From the NCBI GenBank assembly GCA_017881055.1, contig JADGRF010000016.1, forward strand, positions 1,873 through 65,872: a stretch of 64,000 bases of DNA. The letters are read 5' to 3'. This document shows positions 17,690 through 27,418 of the stretch, one piece after another. Below the pieces are notes generated by a model, which was given only the letters and a program-made list of their open reading frames with translations, was not told the origin of the DNA and made no database searches. Both the position numbers and the translations under genes were made by a program. The stretch's first letter is position 1, and the number at the start of each line of letters is the position of its first letter. This stretch comes from Sandaracinaceae bacterium (GTDB lineage: Bacteria; Myxococcota_A; Polyangia; Polyangiales; JAFGIB01).

Positions 17690-17743
17690 GCTGCTCCGAG
17701 GGTATAAAGCACGGAGCAGCCACCGTACCCGGCAGCTGCTCCG
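17690..17743. terminator. Three-arm hairpin region between convergent genes (bidirectional terminator candidate)
   Basis: GCTGCTCCG (17690-98), CGGAGCAGC (17712-20) and GCTGCTCCG (17735-43). The central arm can pair perfectly (9 bp) with either flank. Confidence 0.45.
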
Positions 17744-17762
17744 CATGCGTGTCAGTCGCCAA

Positions 17763-19706
17763 TCACTGCGGAACGGGCAGGCCGCAGAAGCCGCCGATGC
17801 AGGCCAGGCCTTGGCCCGGGCAGCAGTCCGCCGTCTTGGTGCACTTCTCGTCGATCATCGAGCAAGCCGCCGTCGATTCGCCGCACTTGCCCATCACGCA
17901 GTGACCGCTGCAGCAGTCGATGCCCGACTCGCATGAGTCGCCATCCACGTGGCACGGCGAGAGCGCCGCGAACGCGCGGATGTTGCCTGACACGCCCTCT
18001 TGACCGGGCAAGAAGAACGCGGGGTGGCTCGGGTCAGCACCGGGTGCGGCGTGAATGTCGATCGCAGCAACCCAGATCTTCTTCGCCGAGTTGTCCTGCA
18101 CGTTCGTGTACGTGTACTTGTTGCCGTACTGACGACGGCTGCTGAAGAACATCCAGAAGTAGCCGCCAGCCGCAACCGGGCTGATGGTCGGGATGTAGTC
18201 GACGTGCGCATCGCGATCGCCGTACGGCATGAAGTTCGTGGTGCCTTCGAAGCCACCCGCGCGACTGAGTGGCGCGACCATGCCCGTGTCCAGGTCGATC
18301 CAAAACAGATCGCTCGGATGCGGGGTCACGCCGGCGGGCGCGTCCTGCGTCACGTAGTCACCGCTCTTACCGAGCGCGAACACGAGCCGACGACCGGCCT
18401 TCTGCGCGTTCTCGGAGCTCGTGTCCTGCACGTCCGGCAAGAACTGCGGCCAGCCGACGTACCTGCTCGGGTCGGTGTAGGCCGTCTTCAAGTTCGTGAA
18501 CTTGTTGCTCGCCTTGTCGAAGTCCATGGTCGCGAGCTCGTGACCGCCGGTGCCGGCATCCGCGAGGTGGTTGAACGCGATCACTCTTCCGTCGGTCGAG
18601 AACATCGGCATCATCACGTACTTCGGCGCGCCGCTGCCCGCGATCTCCATGCCGGTCTTCGAGTCGTAGAGCTTCGTGTTTTCGGGGCCGAACGTACCCG
18701 GCACGTTGCCGGTGCCACCGAACGGACCGAGCTGCGGACGACCCATGGTCAAGTACACGCTGCCGTCCGGATACAAGCCGCTGAAGCCCGCGCGCTTGAG
18801 GTTGCTGAACACCGGCGGCGGGAACGTCGCGGTGCCCGCAGCCTTCAGGTTGAACAAGAAGCTCGAGCCCTCCACGAGGCCGAGGGCCGCGTGCTCTTCC
18901 GCGACCATCGTGCTGCCGTCGGCGGAGACCGAGTGGCAACCGATGCAGAAGCCGGCGACCGTATCGTGGCCCTTCAGGAACACGTCGGGCTGTGGCTGCT
19001 TCGGGCTGATGCGCATGACCACGCCGCCGACAGCGCCCATCTGCATCGCGAGCGCCGAGCCGTAGGTATTGTAATAGATCGACGTCTTCAGCTCGGCGAG
19101 CGCGAACACGACCTTGCGGGTGGGCAGCTTGCTGGCCTTGCCGGCCGCGACTGCCACGAGATCGATCGAGAGTGGATCGGTGCCGCCCCGGCTCTGCACA
19201 CCGGCGGTGTCCCAGACATCCTGTGGCAGTTGCAGCTGACCGGCCTTGGTCGGGGGCAAGCAGCCCTTGTAGTCGAACAGGTTCGAGTGCATATGCACGT
19301 AGACGGCATCGGAGGCCGTGCCGCCGCCGACCTCGTCCCACTGCAGGAGCGGGGCTTCGAGGCCGCGCGGGAAGACCGTGTTCTCGTAGGGGTACAGCCA
19401 GCGCATCGGCGCGACCGTCATCACAGCGGGATTCTGCAGTGCGGTCACGTTGGTCGCCGAGACCATGCCGGGACACGCATTGAGGTTGATTGGCTGGTCT
19501 GAGCCCACGGGCGCACCACCAGTGCCGCCGTTCCGAGCGCCGCTGCCGCCAATTGGCCCACCACCGACGCCAGAGACGCCGCTGCCCGAGCCGCCACCGT
19601 TGGCTGCGCCGCCTTGTCCACCGTGCCGAACGGTATTGGCGGAACAAGCCGTCAGGGCGGCGAAGATCATCAAGCGCGCAGCGAGCGCTGGGGGCGAAAG
19701 CGTCAT
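17763..19706 (-). CDS. Secreted lipoprotein of unknown function with one CxxCH motif and a C-terminal Cys-knot module
   Basis: ORF 17763..19889 trimmed to ATG 19706 (AGGAGG 7 nt upstream). Lipobox MTLSPPALAARLMIFAALTACS, then a Gly-rich linker. CIGCH motif. C-terminus CHVDGDSCESGIDCCSGHCVMGKCG...CCPGQGLACIGGFCG. Confidence 0.75.
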   Translation of the reverse strand: MTLSPPALAARLMIFAALTACSANTVRHGGQGGAANGGGSGSGVSGVGGGPIGGSGARNGGTGGAPVGSDQPINLNACPGMVSATNVTALQNPAVMTVAPMRWLYPYENTVFPRGLEAPLLQWDEVGGGTASDAVYVHMHSNLFDYKGCLPPTKAGQLQLPQDVWDTAGVQSRGGTDPLSIDLVAVAAGKASKLPTRKVVFALAELKTSIYYNTYGSALAMQMGAVGGVVMRISPKQPQPDVFLKGHDTVAGFCIGCHSVSADGSTMVAEEHAALGLVEGSSFLFNLKAAGTATFPPPVFSNLKRAGFSGLYPDGSVYLTMGRPQLGPFGGTGNVPGTFGPENTKLYDSKTGMEIAGSGAPKYVMMPMFSTDGRVIAFNHLADAGTGGHELATMDFDKASNKFTNLKTAYTDPSRYVGWPQFLPDVQDTSSENAQKAGRRLVFALGKSGDYVTQDAPAGVTPHPSDLFWIDLDTGMVAPLSRAGGFEGTTNFMPYGDRDAHVDYIPTISPVAAGGYFWMFFSSRRQYGNKYTYTNVQDNSAKKIWVAAIDIHAAPGADPSHPAFFLPGQEGVSGNIRAFAALSPCHVDGDSCESGIDCCSGHCVMGKCGESTAACSMIDEKCTKTADCCPGQGLACIGGFCGLPVPQ

Positions 19707-19890
19707 CGTAATCCTCCTAGAGAAACTCAAGAGACTCGGGAAACTCGACAAGTCGCGAAGGCGCTTCGTAACCCCGTGCCCGTCCGGAACGCAAACGGAA
19801 CCTCGTACGTCGGTGTACGAACCTTGCACGTTTGATCGTATCTGGTTTGGGCCAGTTGTCACGGACCTTTCGGCAGAACGCGCGCTCACT

Positions 19891-19930
19891 TAACGACATC
19901 AAGCGCCGGATAACGACGTCAAGCGTCGGA
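19891..19930. repeat. Tandem 20-bp direct repeats in a divergent promoter region
   Basis: TAACGACATCAAGCGCCGGA followed by TAACGACGTCAAGCGTCGGA (18/20 identical). About 126-165 bp upstream of the cbEGF lipoprotein start. Confidence 0.6.
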
Positions 19931-20055
19931 CGTCGGTCAAGGAAGCTGGCAGCCGACGTGTGAGTCAGCATCTGCGCAACACCCGTACAATGGACTTGTG
20001 GAGTTGCTCGCTTCCCGGCAGAATCCCGAGTCAGGGACGCGTAAAAGGCAGCGGC

Positions 20056-22266
20056 GTGGTGCGAACCAAGTTTCAACTCGGCTTCGAATACTGGGCGGTC
20101 GTGGGTTGTGTGGTCTCGCTCGTCGCGTGCGGTTCGCCGCAAAAAAACGCGCAGCGCGGTGCCCATGACTCCGGCACGGATGTAGGGGACGGCTCGACCG
20201 CCGTTGGCGGAAAGAAGGACAGTGGGACCGACTCCGGGTCGCCCCTGCTGACCTGTGCAGCCGCCGCCTGCGACAAGCACGCGACCTGCTCCGACGTGGC
20301 GAACGATGCCACCTGCAGCTGCAACGCTGGCTACCGCGGCAGTGGCACGAGTTGCAGCGACGTCGACGAGTGCAAGCAAGCAAAGCTGAACGACTGCGCG
20401 GCGAACGCAAGCTGCACCAATACCGCAGGCGGCTACACGTGCGAGTGCAAGGCCGGCTTCCAGGGCGACGGCCGGGCCTGCAGCGACGTCGATGAGTGCA
20501 GCACGGGCGTGAAAACCTGTGACATCAACGCGACCTGCAAGAACACGGTCGGTGGTGCGCTCTGCAAGTGCGCAGCGGGTTACGTGGCCAGTGGCGCAAC
20601 CTGCATCGACGTGAACGAGTGCACTGCCGCCAGCCCGAAGACGTGCGGCGCAGACGCCAGCTGCGTGAACACACCCGGCTCCGCGTTCTGCAAGTGTGAC
20701 GACGGCTATCACGGCGACGGCCAGACGTGCGCGAAGAACATCGCCTGCCCGAACGGCAACGGATGCGGCACACACGCAACGTGCAGCACGAGCGCAATCT
20801 GCGTATGCGCCAACGGCTACGAGACCAGCGACGGCGTCAACTGCACCAACATCGATGAGTGCGCGACTGACATGGATACCTGTGCTTCGGCCGCCACCTG
20901 CACGGACACCGACGGCTCGTACACCTGCGGCTGCATGCCCGGGTTCACGGGCGACGGCATGACCTGCACCGACATCGACGAGTGCAAAGCCAAGACGGAC
21001 AACTGCGGCGCGCTCGCCACCTGCATGAACACGGCCGGCTCGTTCACCTGCACGTGCCCCGACGGCTACTCCGGCGGCACCGGCAGCGACTGCAAGAACA
21101 TCAACGAGTGCGCGACCCCGAGCGCCAACAACTGCACCATCAACGCCGACTGCACCGACAAGACACCCGGCTTCAGCTGCAAGTGCAAGCCCGGCTTCAC
21201 CGGCGATGGCGTCGCGCACTGCGACGACATCGACGAGTGCGCCAACAGCACGCTCAACACGTGCGCCGCCACCGAGACCTGCACGAACACCGCGGGCAGC
21301 TACCTGTGCGGCTGCAACTCGCCGTACGTAAAGAAGGGCAGCGCCTGCTACTGCGATCTGAGCGGCATGTGGGGCATGCGGCAGGATGTGACGACCCGTT
21401 GGCCGCACGTCACCGGTATTGGTGGCGTCGAAGTGATCAAGGCCGGCACGCTGCACACGACCGTGTGGGAGCTCCATCGCATGAGCTACGACGGCACCAC
21501 CGTGAAGGTCGACAAGAAGGGCTGCGGTCCCTCGCTGACGGCTGACTTGCTCGGCTCCGGAGCGCTCAGCGGCCAGACCTACGGCGCCTACATTCCCAAG
21601 AGCGTGTGGGATGCCTTTGCGCTGATTCACGGCGGGGATGTTCCGCTGTCCAATGCCAAGCCCGGAACCGCGTTCGTGTCGCCCAAGGAAGCGGCTGTAC
21701 TCGGCATCAAACTGGCGAACCCGTTGACGGACGCCTGGCCGACGCCGGCCGCGGCTGTGAAGGACGATGCGGACGGCGACGGGATCCCTGGGCTGATGGT
21801 TTGGACCCATACGCCGTCGGAACAGACGCAGCTCAGCATGCCCGCCAGCAAGAAGTACTACAGCTATCCGTACATCAGCTTGAACCGTGCGGTATGCGTC
21901 TCGACGGCCACGCGCGCGATAGGTCATCTCGACGGCATGGTCGTGGACTGCAGCAACATCAGTGGAACGGTCAAGCGCGACATCGTGCCGGGGCAAAAGG
22001 TCGGCGACAGCCCAATCGCGCAACAACATACCTACGATTGCCGCATCCCGGTCGACAGTGCGAAGTCGTATGGCTGCACGGCTGCGGAGTGGAACGATAA
22101 ATCGAAGATGACGCCTTGCTCCTCGGGCGACATCACCGGTCTGGATGCGCAAGTGGACCAAACGACCAGCACCGCGACCTTCGAGCTGGTCAAACTGTCG
22201 GGTGATCCGAACGACACCAGCATCACCTGCCAGACCGTCCGCACCATGCTGCCGGCCTATCCGTGA
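20056..22266 (+). CDS. Lipoprotein with about 9 EGF-like modules (7 with calcium-binding cbEGF consensus) plus a C-terminal domain of unknown function
   Basis: ORF 19960..22266, start set at GTG 20056 (uncertain). Lipobox VGCVVSLVACGS. Repeated D(V/I)(D/N)EC...C.NT.G(S/G)(Y/F).C.C..G(Y/F).G(D)G..C. Track ORF 19717..22404 (-) is an antisense shadow. Confidence 0.85.
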   Translation: MVRTKFQLGFEYWAVVGCVVSLVACGSPQKNAQRGAHDSGTDVGDGSTAVGGKKDSGTDSGSPLLTCAAAACDKHATCSDVANDATCSCNAGYRGSGTSCSDVDECKQAKLNDCAANASCTNTAGGYTCECKAGFQGDGRACSDVDECSTGVKTCDINATCKNTVGGALCKCAAGYVASGATCIDVNECTAASPKTCGADASCVNTPGSAFCKCDDGYHGDGQTCAKNIACPNGNGCGTHATCSTSAICVCANGYETSDGVNCTNIDECATDMDTCASAATCTDTDGSYTCGCMPGFTGDGMTCTDIDECKAKTDNCGALATCMNTAGSFTCTCPDGYSGGTGSDCKNINECATPSANNCTINADCTDKTPGFSCKCKPGFTGDGVAHCDDIDECANSTLNTCAATETCTNTAGSYLCGCNSPYVKKGSACYCDLSGMWGMRQDVTTRWPHVTGIGGVEVIKAGTLHTTVWELHRMSYDGTTVKVDKKGCGPSLTADLLGSGALSGQTYGAYIPKSVWDAFALIHGGDVPLSNAKPGTAFVSPKEAAVLGIKLANPLTDAWPTPAAAVKDDADGDGIPGLMVWTHTPSEQTQLSMPASKKYYSYPYISLNRAVCVSTATRAIGHLDGMVVDCSNISGTVKRDIVPGQKVGDSPIAQQHTYDCRIPVDSAKSYGCTAAEWNDKSKMTPCSSGDITGLDAQVDQTTSTATFELVKLSGDPNDTSITCQTVRTMLPAYP

Positions 22267-23948
22267 AGCGCACTGCCCTCGCACGTGCAGGTTGGTGTCT
22301 GGCGTTGCTGCTGGCGGCGGCATCGCGGGCGCACGCGTTTGGTGGACTCGAGCTTTCACCCGGCGGCGCGCGCTCGCTCGCTCGCGGCGGCGCCAACGTC
22401 GCACGCGCCGAGGATGGCTTCTCCGTCCTGCAGAACCCTGCCGGGCTGGCCGCGCTGCAAGGCGATTCCTTCATGCTGAACGTGGACACCGCGTTCCACA
22501 GCATGTGCGTGACACCGTACGGCTATTACGGCTGGGGCGAGTACACGACCGGCAAATCGGATTTTGGCGACACGGCCAGTGCCAAGTACCAGAACGACCC
22601 GCTCGACCGCGTCTGTAACTCTGCTGCCGTCGCGGCCGTCCCCGGTATCGCGTACACGTTGAAGCTGAACGACGATCTCGGGCTGGGCTTCGGTATGCTC
22701 GCGCCCACCGGCCTGCCAGGCCTGCAGTACGGTGGCGCCGACGGCACGATCGACACGCCGGACGGCGCGCGCCCCACTCCGACGCGTTACCAGCTCGTGC
22801 GGCAGCGCGTGACCTTCGTCCTAGGGCCGTCGGTTGCCGTCGGCTATCGCGTGTTGCCTCGCGTCCGCGTGGGCATGACATTCACGTGGATCGCCGTCGC
22901 GTCAGAGCTCAGCATCGTTCAAGCGCTGGCGATTGGCACCTCGCCACACAGCGACATGCTGGCGACCCTCAAGGCGCACGACTACTTCATACCGGCTGCG
23001 ACGTTCGGCGTTCTTGCATCCCCTCTCGACATGCTGGATGTCGGCCTCACCTTCCGCATAGTCGACAGCTTCAACGGCACGGGTCAGCTGCAATACACGA
23101 CCAACACGTTCCAGCAGAGCTCAGCGTCCGGCTACGTCGCCTACAAGAACGACGCCATCAAGCTGACGAGAGTGAAGACGGGCGTGCCTTGGCTGCTTAC
23201 GGGCGGCGTGCGTTATGCCAGTCCGGTTCCGAGCGCCCCGCGCGATGCCAAGGGAATGCTTCTGCGGGGCGATCCCCTCACGCAGGAACAATTTGACGTC
23301 GAGTTGGACGGTGCGTTCCAGATGAACACACCGACAAACTCGTCCCACGTGAGCTTCGCGCCCGGCGAGATCATCTTTCAGAAGTCCGACGGAACCTCGG
23401 ATCCGCCCATCAAAGTGCCGGACCCGGACGTCAACGATTTCAGCTCCAGCCGCCACGCCGAGAATGCCTTTACGGTGCGGCTCGGTGCTACCTACAACCT
23501 GCTCCCCGGCGTAGTCGGCGTGAGCGCTGGCGGCTTCTACGAGTCCCGTTCGGTCGACCCTGCCTACGCGAGCATCGATACGTTTGGCTTCGCCCGTGTC
23601 GGCTTCGGCGTCGGCGCGATGGCGCGCGCAGGGAGCTGGGATTTCGCGCTCGGCCTGGGCCACGTGTTCCAGGAGACGCTCTTCGTCGGAACGCCGCCTC
23701 AGCAATCGTTCCAGAGCGCTACCACGGACCCGACCACCGGCTTCGACAAGCGTGTGAACATCGACGCCGGCGGCAACGGTGGCACCGTGAAGCAGGAACC
23801 GAACCCACCTGCGCACCCAGACGGGGTGGCCCGGCTGCAGCAATCAGCCGTCTACACGTTCAAGGGCCAACACGCGCGCGTCGTGAATGCTGGAGTGTAC
23901 AGAGCCAGCTTCAACATATTGGCGATCAACATTTCGCATCGGTTTTGA
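22263..23948 (+). CDS. Outer-membrane beta-barrel, FadL/OmpP1/TodX-like transport protein
   Basis: GTG 22263 overlaps the upstream TGA (GTGA). Signal peptide ...LLLAAASRAHA. N-terminal GARSLARGGANVARAEDGFSVLQNPAGLAAL. Alternating beta pattern. C-terminal ...NISHRF. Confidence 0.75.
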   Translation: MKRTALARAGWCLALLLAAASRAHAFGGLELSPGGARSLARGGANVARAEDGFSVLQNPAGLAALQGDSFMLNVDTAFHSMCVTPYGYYGWGEYTTGKSDFGDTASAKYQNDPLDRVCNSAAVAAVPGIAYTLKLNDDLGLGFGMLAPTGLPGLQYGGADGTIDTPDGARPTPTRYQLVRQRVTFVLGPSVAVGYRVLPRVRVGMTFTWIAVASELSIVQALAIGTSPHSDMLATLKAHDYFIPAATFGVLASPLDMLDVGLTFRIVDSFNGTGQLQYTTNTFQQSSASGYVAYKNDAIKLTRVKTGVPWLLTGGVRYASPVPSAPRDAKGMLLRGDPLTQEQFDVELDGAFQMNTPTNSSHVSFAPGEIIFQKSDGTSDPPIKVPDPDVNDFSSSRHAENAFTVRLGATYNLLPGVVGVSAGGFYESRSVDPAYASIDTFGFARVGFGVGAMARAGSWDFALGLGHVFQETLFVGTPPQQSFQSATTDPTTGFDKRVNIDAGGNGGTVKQEPNPPAHPDGVARLQQSAVYTFKGQHARVVNAGVYRASFNILAINISHRF

Positions 23949-24110
23949 GCTGACGGTTCGGGAGAGTTACGCGGTCGGATCGATGCTGCGCCCGCGGGCA
24001 TCACTTCCCGGTGCCGCGTGCCGCACACGCCCCCTGGCGCCTTTTGCACCCCCGGCCGGCGCGCTCTGCCCGTTGCGCTCCTTCCGGCCCGCTGAAATAG
24101 TGCCGCACAC

Positions 24111-24866
24111 GTGTCGGCCCTCCCCTCCACCACGATCGTCGTGCCTTGCTACAACGAAGCGGGACGCCTCCCGGTCGACGCCTTCCGGGAGTTCAGCGAC
24201 CAGCACCCCGAGGTGCGTTTTTTGTTCGTGAACGACGGCAGCAGCGACGGGACCGACGCCGTGCTCGAAGCCCTGCGCAGGGCCGACCCGAACCACTTCT
24301 CGACCCTGCCTCAGCCGAGGAACCGCGGCAAAGCCGAGACCGTGCGCCTCGGCATGCTGCACGCGCTCGCACAGGCGCCGCGCTACGCCGGCTACTGGGA
24401 CGCTGACCTCGCCACCCCGCTCGACGAGATCCCACGCTTCATAGGCGCGCTCGAAGCCCACCCCGAGCGCGACGTGTGCTTCGGCGCGCGTGTGCAGCTG
24501 CTCGGTCGCACGATCGAGCGGCGCGCGCTGCGCCATTACCTGGGGCGTGTCTTCGCCACGGTCGCGTCGCTCATGCTGGAGCTGCCCGTGTACGACACCC
24601 AGTGCGGTGCGAAGCTGTTTCGCTCATCGCCGCAAACCAGCGCGCTCTTCGCCGAGCCGTTCTGTGTCAGCTGGACCTTCGACGTCGAGCTGATCGCGCG
24701 CATGAAGCGCGACGCCGCGGCCGGAAGCGAGTCCGATCCGGGCCAGCGCATCTACGAGCTGCCCTTGGACCGCTGGCGCGACGTCGCGGGGTCGAAAGTG
24801 AAGAGTGGCGACTTCGTGAAGGCGCTGCTCGAGATGCTGCGCATCTGGCACAAATATCTGCGTTGA
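24111..24866 (+). CDS. GT2-family glycosyltransferase (polyprenol/dolichol-phosphate glycosyltransferase-like)
   Basis: TTIVVPCYNEAGRL, FVNDGSSDGT, NRGKAETVRLG, WDADLATP and YDTQCGAKLF. Confidence 0.85.
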   Translation: MSALPSTTIVVPCYNEAGRLPVDAFREFSDQHPEVRFLFVNDGSSDGTDAVLEALRRADPNHFSTLPQPRNRGKAETVRLGMLHALAQAPRYAGYWDADLATPLDEIPRFIGALEAHPERDVCFGARVQLLGRTIERRALRHYLGRVFATVASLMLELPVYDTQCGAKLFRSSPQTSALFAEPFCVSWTFDVELIARMKRDAAAGSESDPGQRIYELPLDRWRDVAGSKVKSGDFVKALLEMLRIWHKYLR

Positions 24867-24892
24867 AGTGGCACGAACAAAAGGGAACGGCA

Positions 24893-26440
24893 ATGAACGG
24901 TGCACAAAGCTTGATTCGTACGCTCGTGGGTTGCGGCGTCGACGTGTGCTTCATGAACCCGGGCACGTCCGAGATGCACTTCGTGGCGGCGCTCGACGCC
25001 GTGCCCGAGATGCGCTCGTCGCTCGCGCTGTTCGAGGGCGTGGTCACGGGCGCAGCCGATGGCTACGGCCGCATGGCCGACAAGCCCGCTGCGACGCTCT
25101 TGCACCTAGGTCCCGGCCTGACCAACGGGCTTGCGAACGTGCACAACGCGCGGCGCGCCTTTACACCGATGCTCAACATCGTGGGTGATCACGCGACCTA
25201 TCACAAAGTCTACGACGCACCGCTCAACAGCGACGTCGACGGCTTGGCTCGCCCGATGTCGGACTGGCTGCGCACCGCGCAGTCGGGCACTGCGATTGGA
25301 CACGACGCGGCCGAAGCGGTCGCCGCAGCGCGCACGGCGCCAGGCCAGATCGCCACGCTAATCCTGCCGGCCGACATCTCCTGGGGCGAGTCGAGCGGCC
25401 CCGCGCAGCCCATCGCGCCGGCAGCGCGCAAGAAAGCCGATGACGCCACGATCAAGCAGATCGCCGAGGTGTTGCGCAGCGGCCAGAAGGCCACGCTCCT
25501 GCTCAACGGCTACGCGCTGCGCGAGCGCGGCCTGATTGCAGCCACGCGCATCGGCGAGAAGACCGGCGCGCGCGTGACCTGTGACACCTTCCCATCGCGC
25601 CTGGAGCGCGGTGCGGGCCTACCGAGTGTCGCGCGCATGAACTACTTCGCCGAGTTGGCAGCTGACGAGCTCAAGGACACGCAGCACTTGATCCTGGTCG
25701 GCACCAAGTCACCCGCCGCGTTCTTCGCGTACCCGGGAAAGCCCAGCGATCTGGTTGCGCCGGGCTGCAAGGTCTACACGCTCGCGACGCCTGCGGAAGA
25801 CGCCATCGAAGCGCTGGAACATCTGGCCGAAGCAGTTGGTGCGCCGAAGACGGGCTACCGCGTCGAGCCCGCAAGAAGGAGCGACAAGCCCACGGGCGCG
25901 CTGACCTCTGCCGCTGTCGGTACCGCCATCGGCGCGCTCTTGCCCGAGCACGCAATCGTCGTCGACGAAGGCAACACCGAGGGCATCTTCACGCCGTACT
26001 ACACGGTTGGCGCACCGCGGCACGATTGGCTGTTCAACACGGGCGGCTCGATCGGCTTGGGACTTCCGCTGGCGACGGGTGCGGCGGTCGCCTGTCCCGG
26101 TCGCAAAGTCGTCTGTCTCGAAGGCGACGGCAGCGCGATGTACACGATCCAGGCGCTCTGGACGATGGCGCGCGAGCAGCTCGACGTCACCACGATCATC
26201 TTCGCCAACCGCTCGTACAAGATCCTGAACATCGAGCTGATGCGCGTTGGCGTCGAAGGCGGACCGGGCGCGCGCGCGCGCGACATGCTCGACATCTCGC
26301 GGCCCGACCTCGACTTCGTAGCGCTGGCGCGGGGCATGGGCGTCTCCGCTTCGCGCCCGGATGGCGCCGAGGCGTTCTGCGCCGCGTTCGAGCACGCGAT
26401 GCGCGAGCCGGGTCCGCATCTGATCGAGTGCCTGGTCTAA
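24893..26440 (+). CDS. Thiamine-pyrophosphate-dependent enzyme (acetolactate synthase large-subunit family)
   Basis: ORF 24476..26440 trimmed to ATG 24893 (MNGAQSLIRTLVGCGVDVCFMNPGTSE). TPP motif GGSIGLGLPLATGAA...CLEGDGSAMYTIQALWT...IFANRSY. Confidence 0.85.
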   Translation: MNGAQSLIRTLVGCGVDVCFMNPGTSEMHFVAALDAVPEMRSSLALFEGVVTGAADGYGRMADKPAATLLHLGPGLTNGLANVHNARRAFTPMLNIVGDHATYHKVYDAPLNSDVDGLARPMSDWLRTAQSGTAIGHDAAEAVAAARTAPGQIATLILPADISWGESSGPAQPIAPAARKKADDATIKQIAEVLRSGQKATLLLNGYALRERGLIAATRIGEKTGARVTCDTFPSRLERGAGLPSVARMNYFAELAADELKDTQHLILVGTKSPAAFFAYPGKPSDLVAPGCKVYTLATPAEDAIEALEHLAEAVGAPKTGYRVEPARRSDKPTGALTSAAVGTAIGALLPEHAIVVDEGNTEGIFTPYYTVGAPRHDWLFNTGGSIGLGLPLATGAAVACPGRKVVCLEGDGSAMYTIQALWTMAREQLDVTTIIFANRSYKILNIELMRVGVEGGPGARARDMLDISRPDLDFVALARGMGVSASRPDGAEAFCAAFEHAMREPGPHLIECLV

Positions 26441-26592
26441 CGCGCTCGGATCGGGACGCGGCGGGGCTTGCGCGGCCAATCCGCGGACCTATGTGGAGCG
26501 CAACGGCTTCAGGCACGGCCTGAAATAGTCCGCAATGTTTCCGCGTCTTTGGGCGTATCCCTCGTTGCGACACCCCTTCAGGAGACACCCAC

Positions 26593-27189
26593 ATGTCCAA
26601 GCTCTTGTTTGCCCTTCCGCTGCTGCTCTTGGTTTCCCAGGTGAAGGCTCAAGCGGTCGACTGGAACGTCGATCCGAATCACTCGCACATCGGCTTTTCG
26701 GCGCGCCACCTGGGCTTCTCCAAGGTCGAAGGGCAGTTCCGAAAATATGCGGCCCAGATCACAGCCGACGCCAAGACGGGCAAGATCACGGCGCTCACGG
26801 CCACGGCGGAGACCGCCTCGGTCGACACCGACAACGAGAAGCGCGACGCGCATCTGCGCACCGACGACTTTTTCAACGCCGAGAAGTTTCCTCAGCTCAA
26901 GCTGAAGCTGAAGTCGATCAAGTGGAGGGGCGACAAGTTCACGGCCAAGGCCGACCTCACGATGCGCGACGTGACCAAGGAAGTCGTGTTCGCCGGCGAG
27001 CTGCTCGGCGTCCACGAAGTCGACTTCGGCCAGGGCAAGCACATGCGCGCCGCGTACGAAGCGACGACCAAGGTCAACCGCAAGGACTTCGGCCTGAAGT
27101 TCGGCGGCGTCGCCGAAGGCCTGTCGATCGTCGGCGACGAAGTCCAGCTCAACCTCTCGATCGAGATCAGCTACAAGCCCACCGCATGA
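26593..27189 (+). CDS. YceI-family periplasmic polyisoprenoid-binding protein
   Basis: Signal peptide, then DPNHSHIGFSARHLGFSKVEGQF, DTDNEKRDAHLRTDDFFNAEKFP and a C-terminal beta pattern. Confidence 0.85.
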   Translation: MSKLLFALPLLLLVSQVKAQAVDWNVDPNHSHIGFSARHLGFSKVEGQFRKYAAQITADAKTGKITALTATAETASVDTDNEKRDAHLRTDDFFNAEKFPQLKLKLKSIKWRGDKFTAKADLTMRDVTKEVVFAGELLGVHEVDFGQGKHMRAAYEATTKVNRKDFGLKFGGVAEGLSIVGDEVQLNLSIEISYKPTA

Positions 27190-27211
27190 TTCGAACAACG
27201 ATACCAGAAAC

Positions 27212-27244
27212 AAAAACGGCGCCCCGAAAGGGAGCGCCGTTTTT
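27212..27244. terminator. Bidirectional intrinsic terminator
   Basis: AAAAACGGCGCCCC-GAAA-GGGAGCGCCGTTTTT. GC stem with one bulge and a GNRA loop, with an A5 run upstream and a T5 run downstream. Lies 23 nt after the YceI stop. Confidence 0.75.
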
Positions 27245-27418
27245 CATTTCTGCACCAACGTCCGGAGCGGTCTATTTGCCCCGAGCCGCGAGCGCGCCCG
27301 CAACGAGCCGAGGGAGCGTACTTCCTGTACGTGACCGAGGTGAGAGAGGACGTAAGCCGCGGCCTCAGTTGGGGTCGGGGCGCCAACCCCGACTAAATGG
27401 CAAAGAGACCGTTCCGGC

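Noticed and set aside
19931-20055. Sigma-54 (-24/-12) promoter downstream of the 20-bp direct repeats
   Set aside because: TGGCAG-N5-GTGTGA lacks the -12 GC, and TGGACT...TTGCT has the wrong spacing (2 nt too long). No acceptable match was found.
19717-22404. 895-aa minus-strand ORF
   Set aside because: It is antisense to the cbEGF lipoprotein, whose repeated D-x-D-E-C modules are unmistakable. No motifs are present in the minus frame.
23967-23979. 13-mer GTTACGCGGTCGG shared with 53440-53452, both downstream of stop codons
   Set aside because: Many 13-mer coincidences are expected by chance in 64 kb of GC-biased DNA, and the flanks are not similar.
27246-27418. Possible small RNA or tRNA between the YceI terminator and rpoZ
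   Set aside because: There is a GTCGGGG/CCCCGAC hairpin at 27374-27393, plausibly an rpoZ terminator. I could not recognise a tRNA cloverleaf, T-loop consensus or known ncRNA signature by eye.
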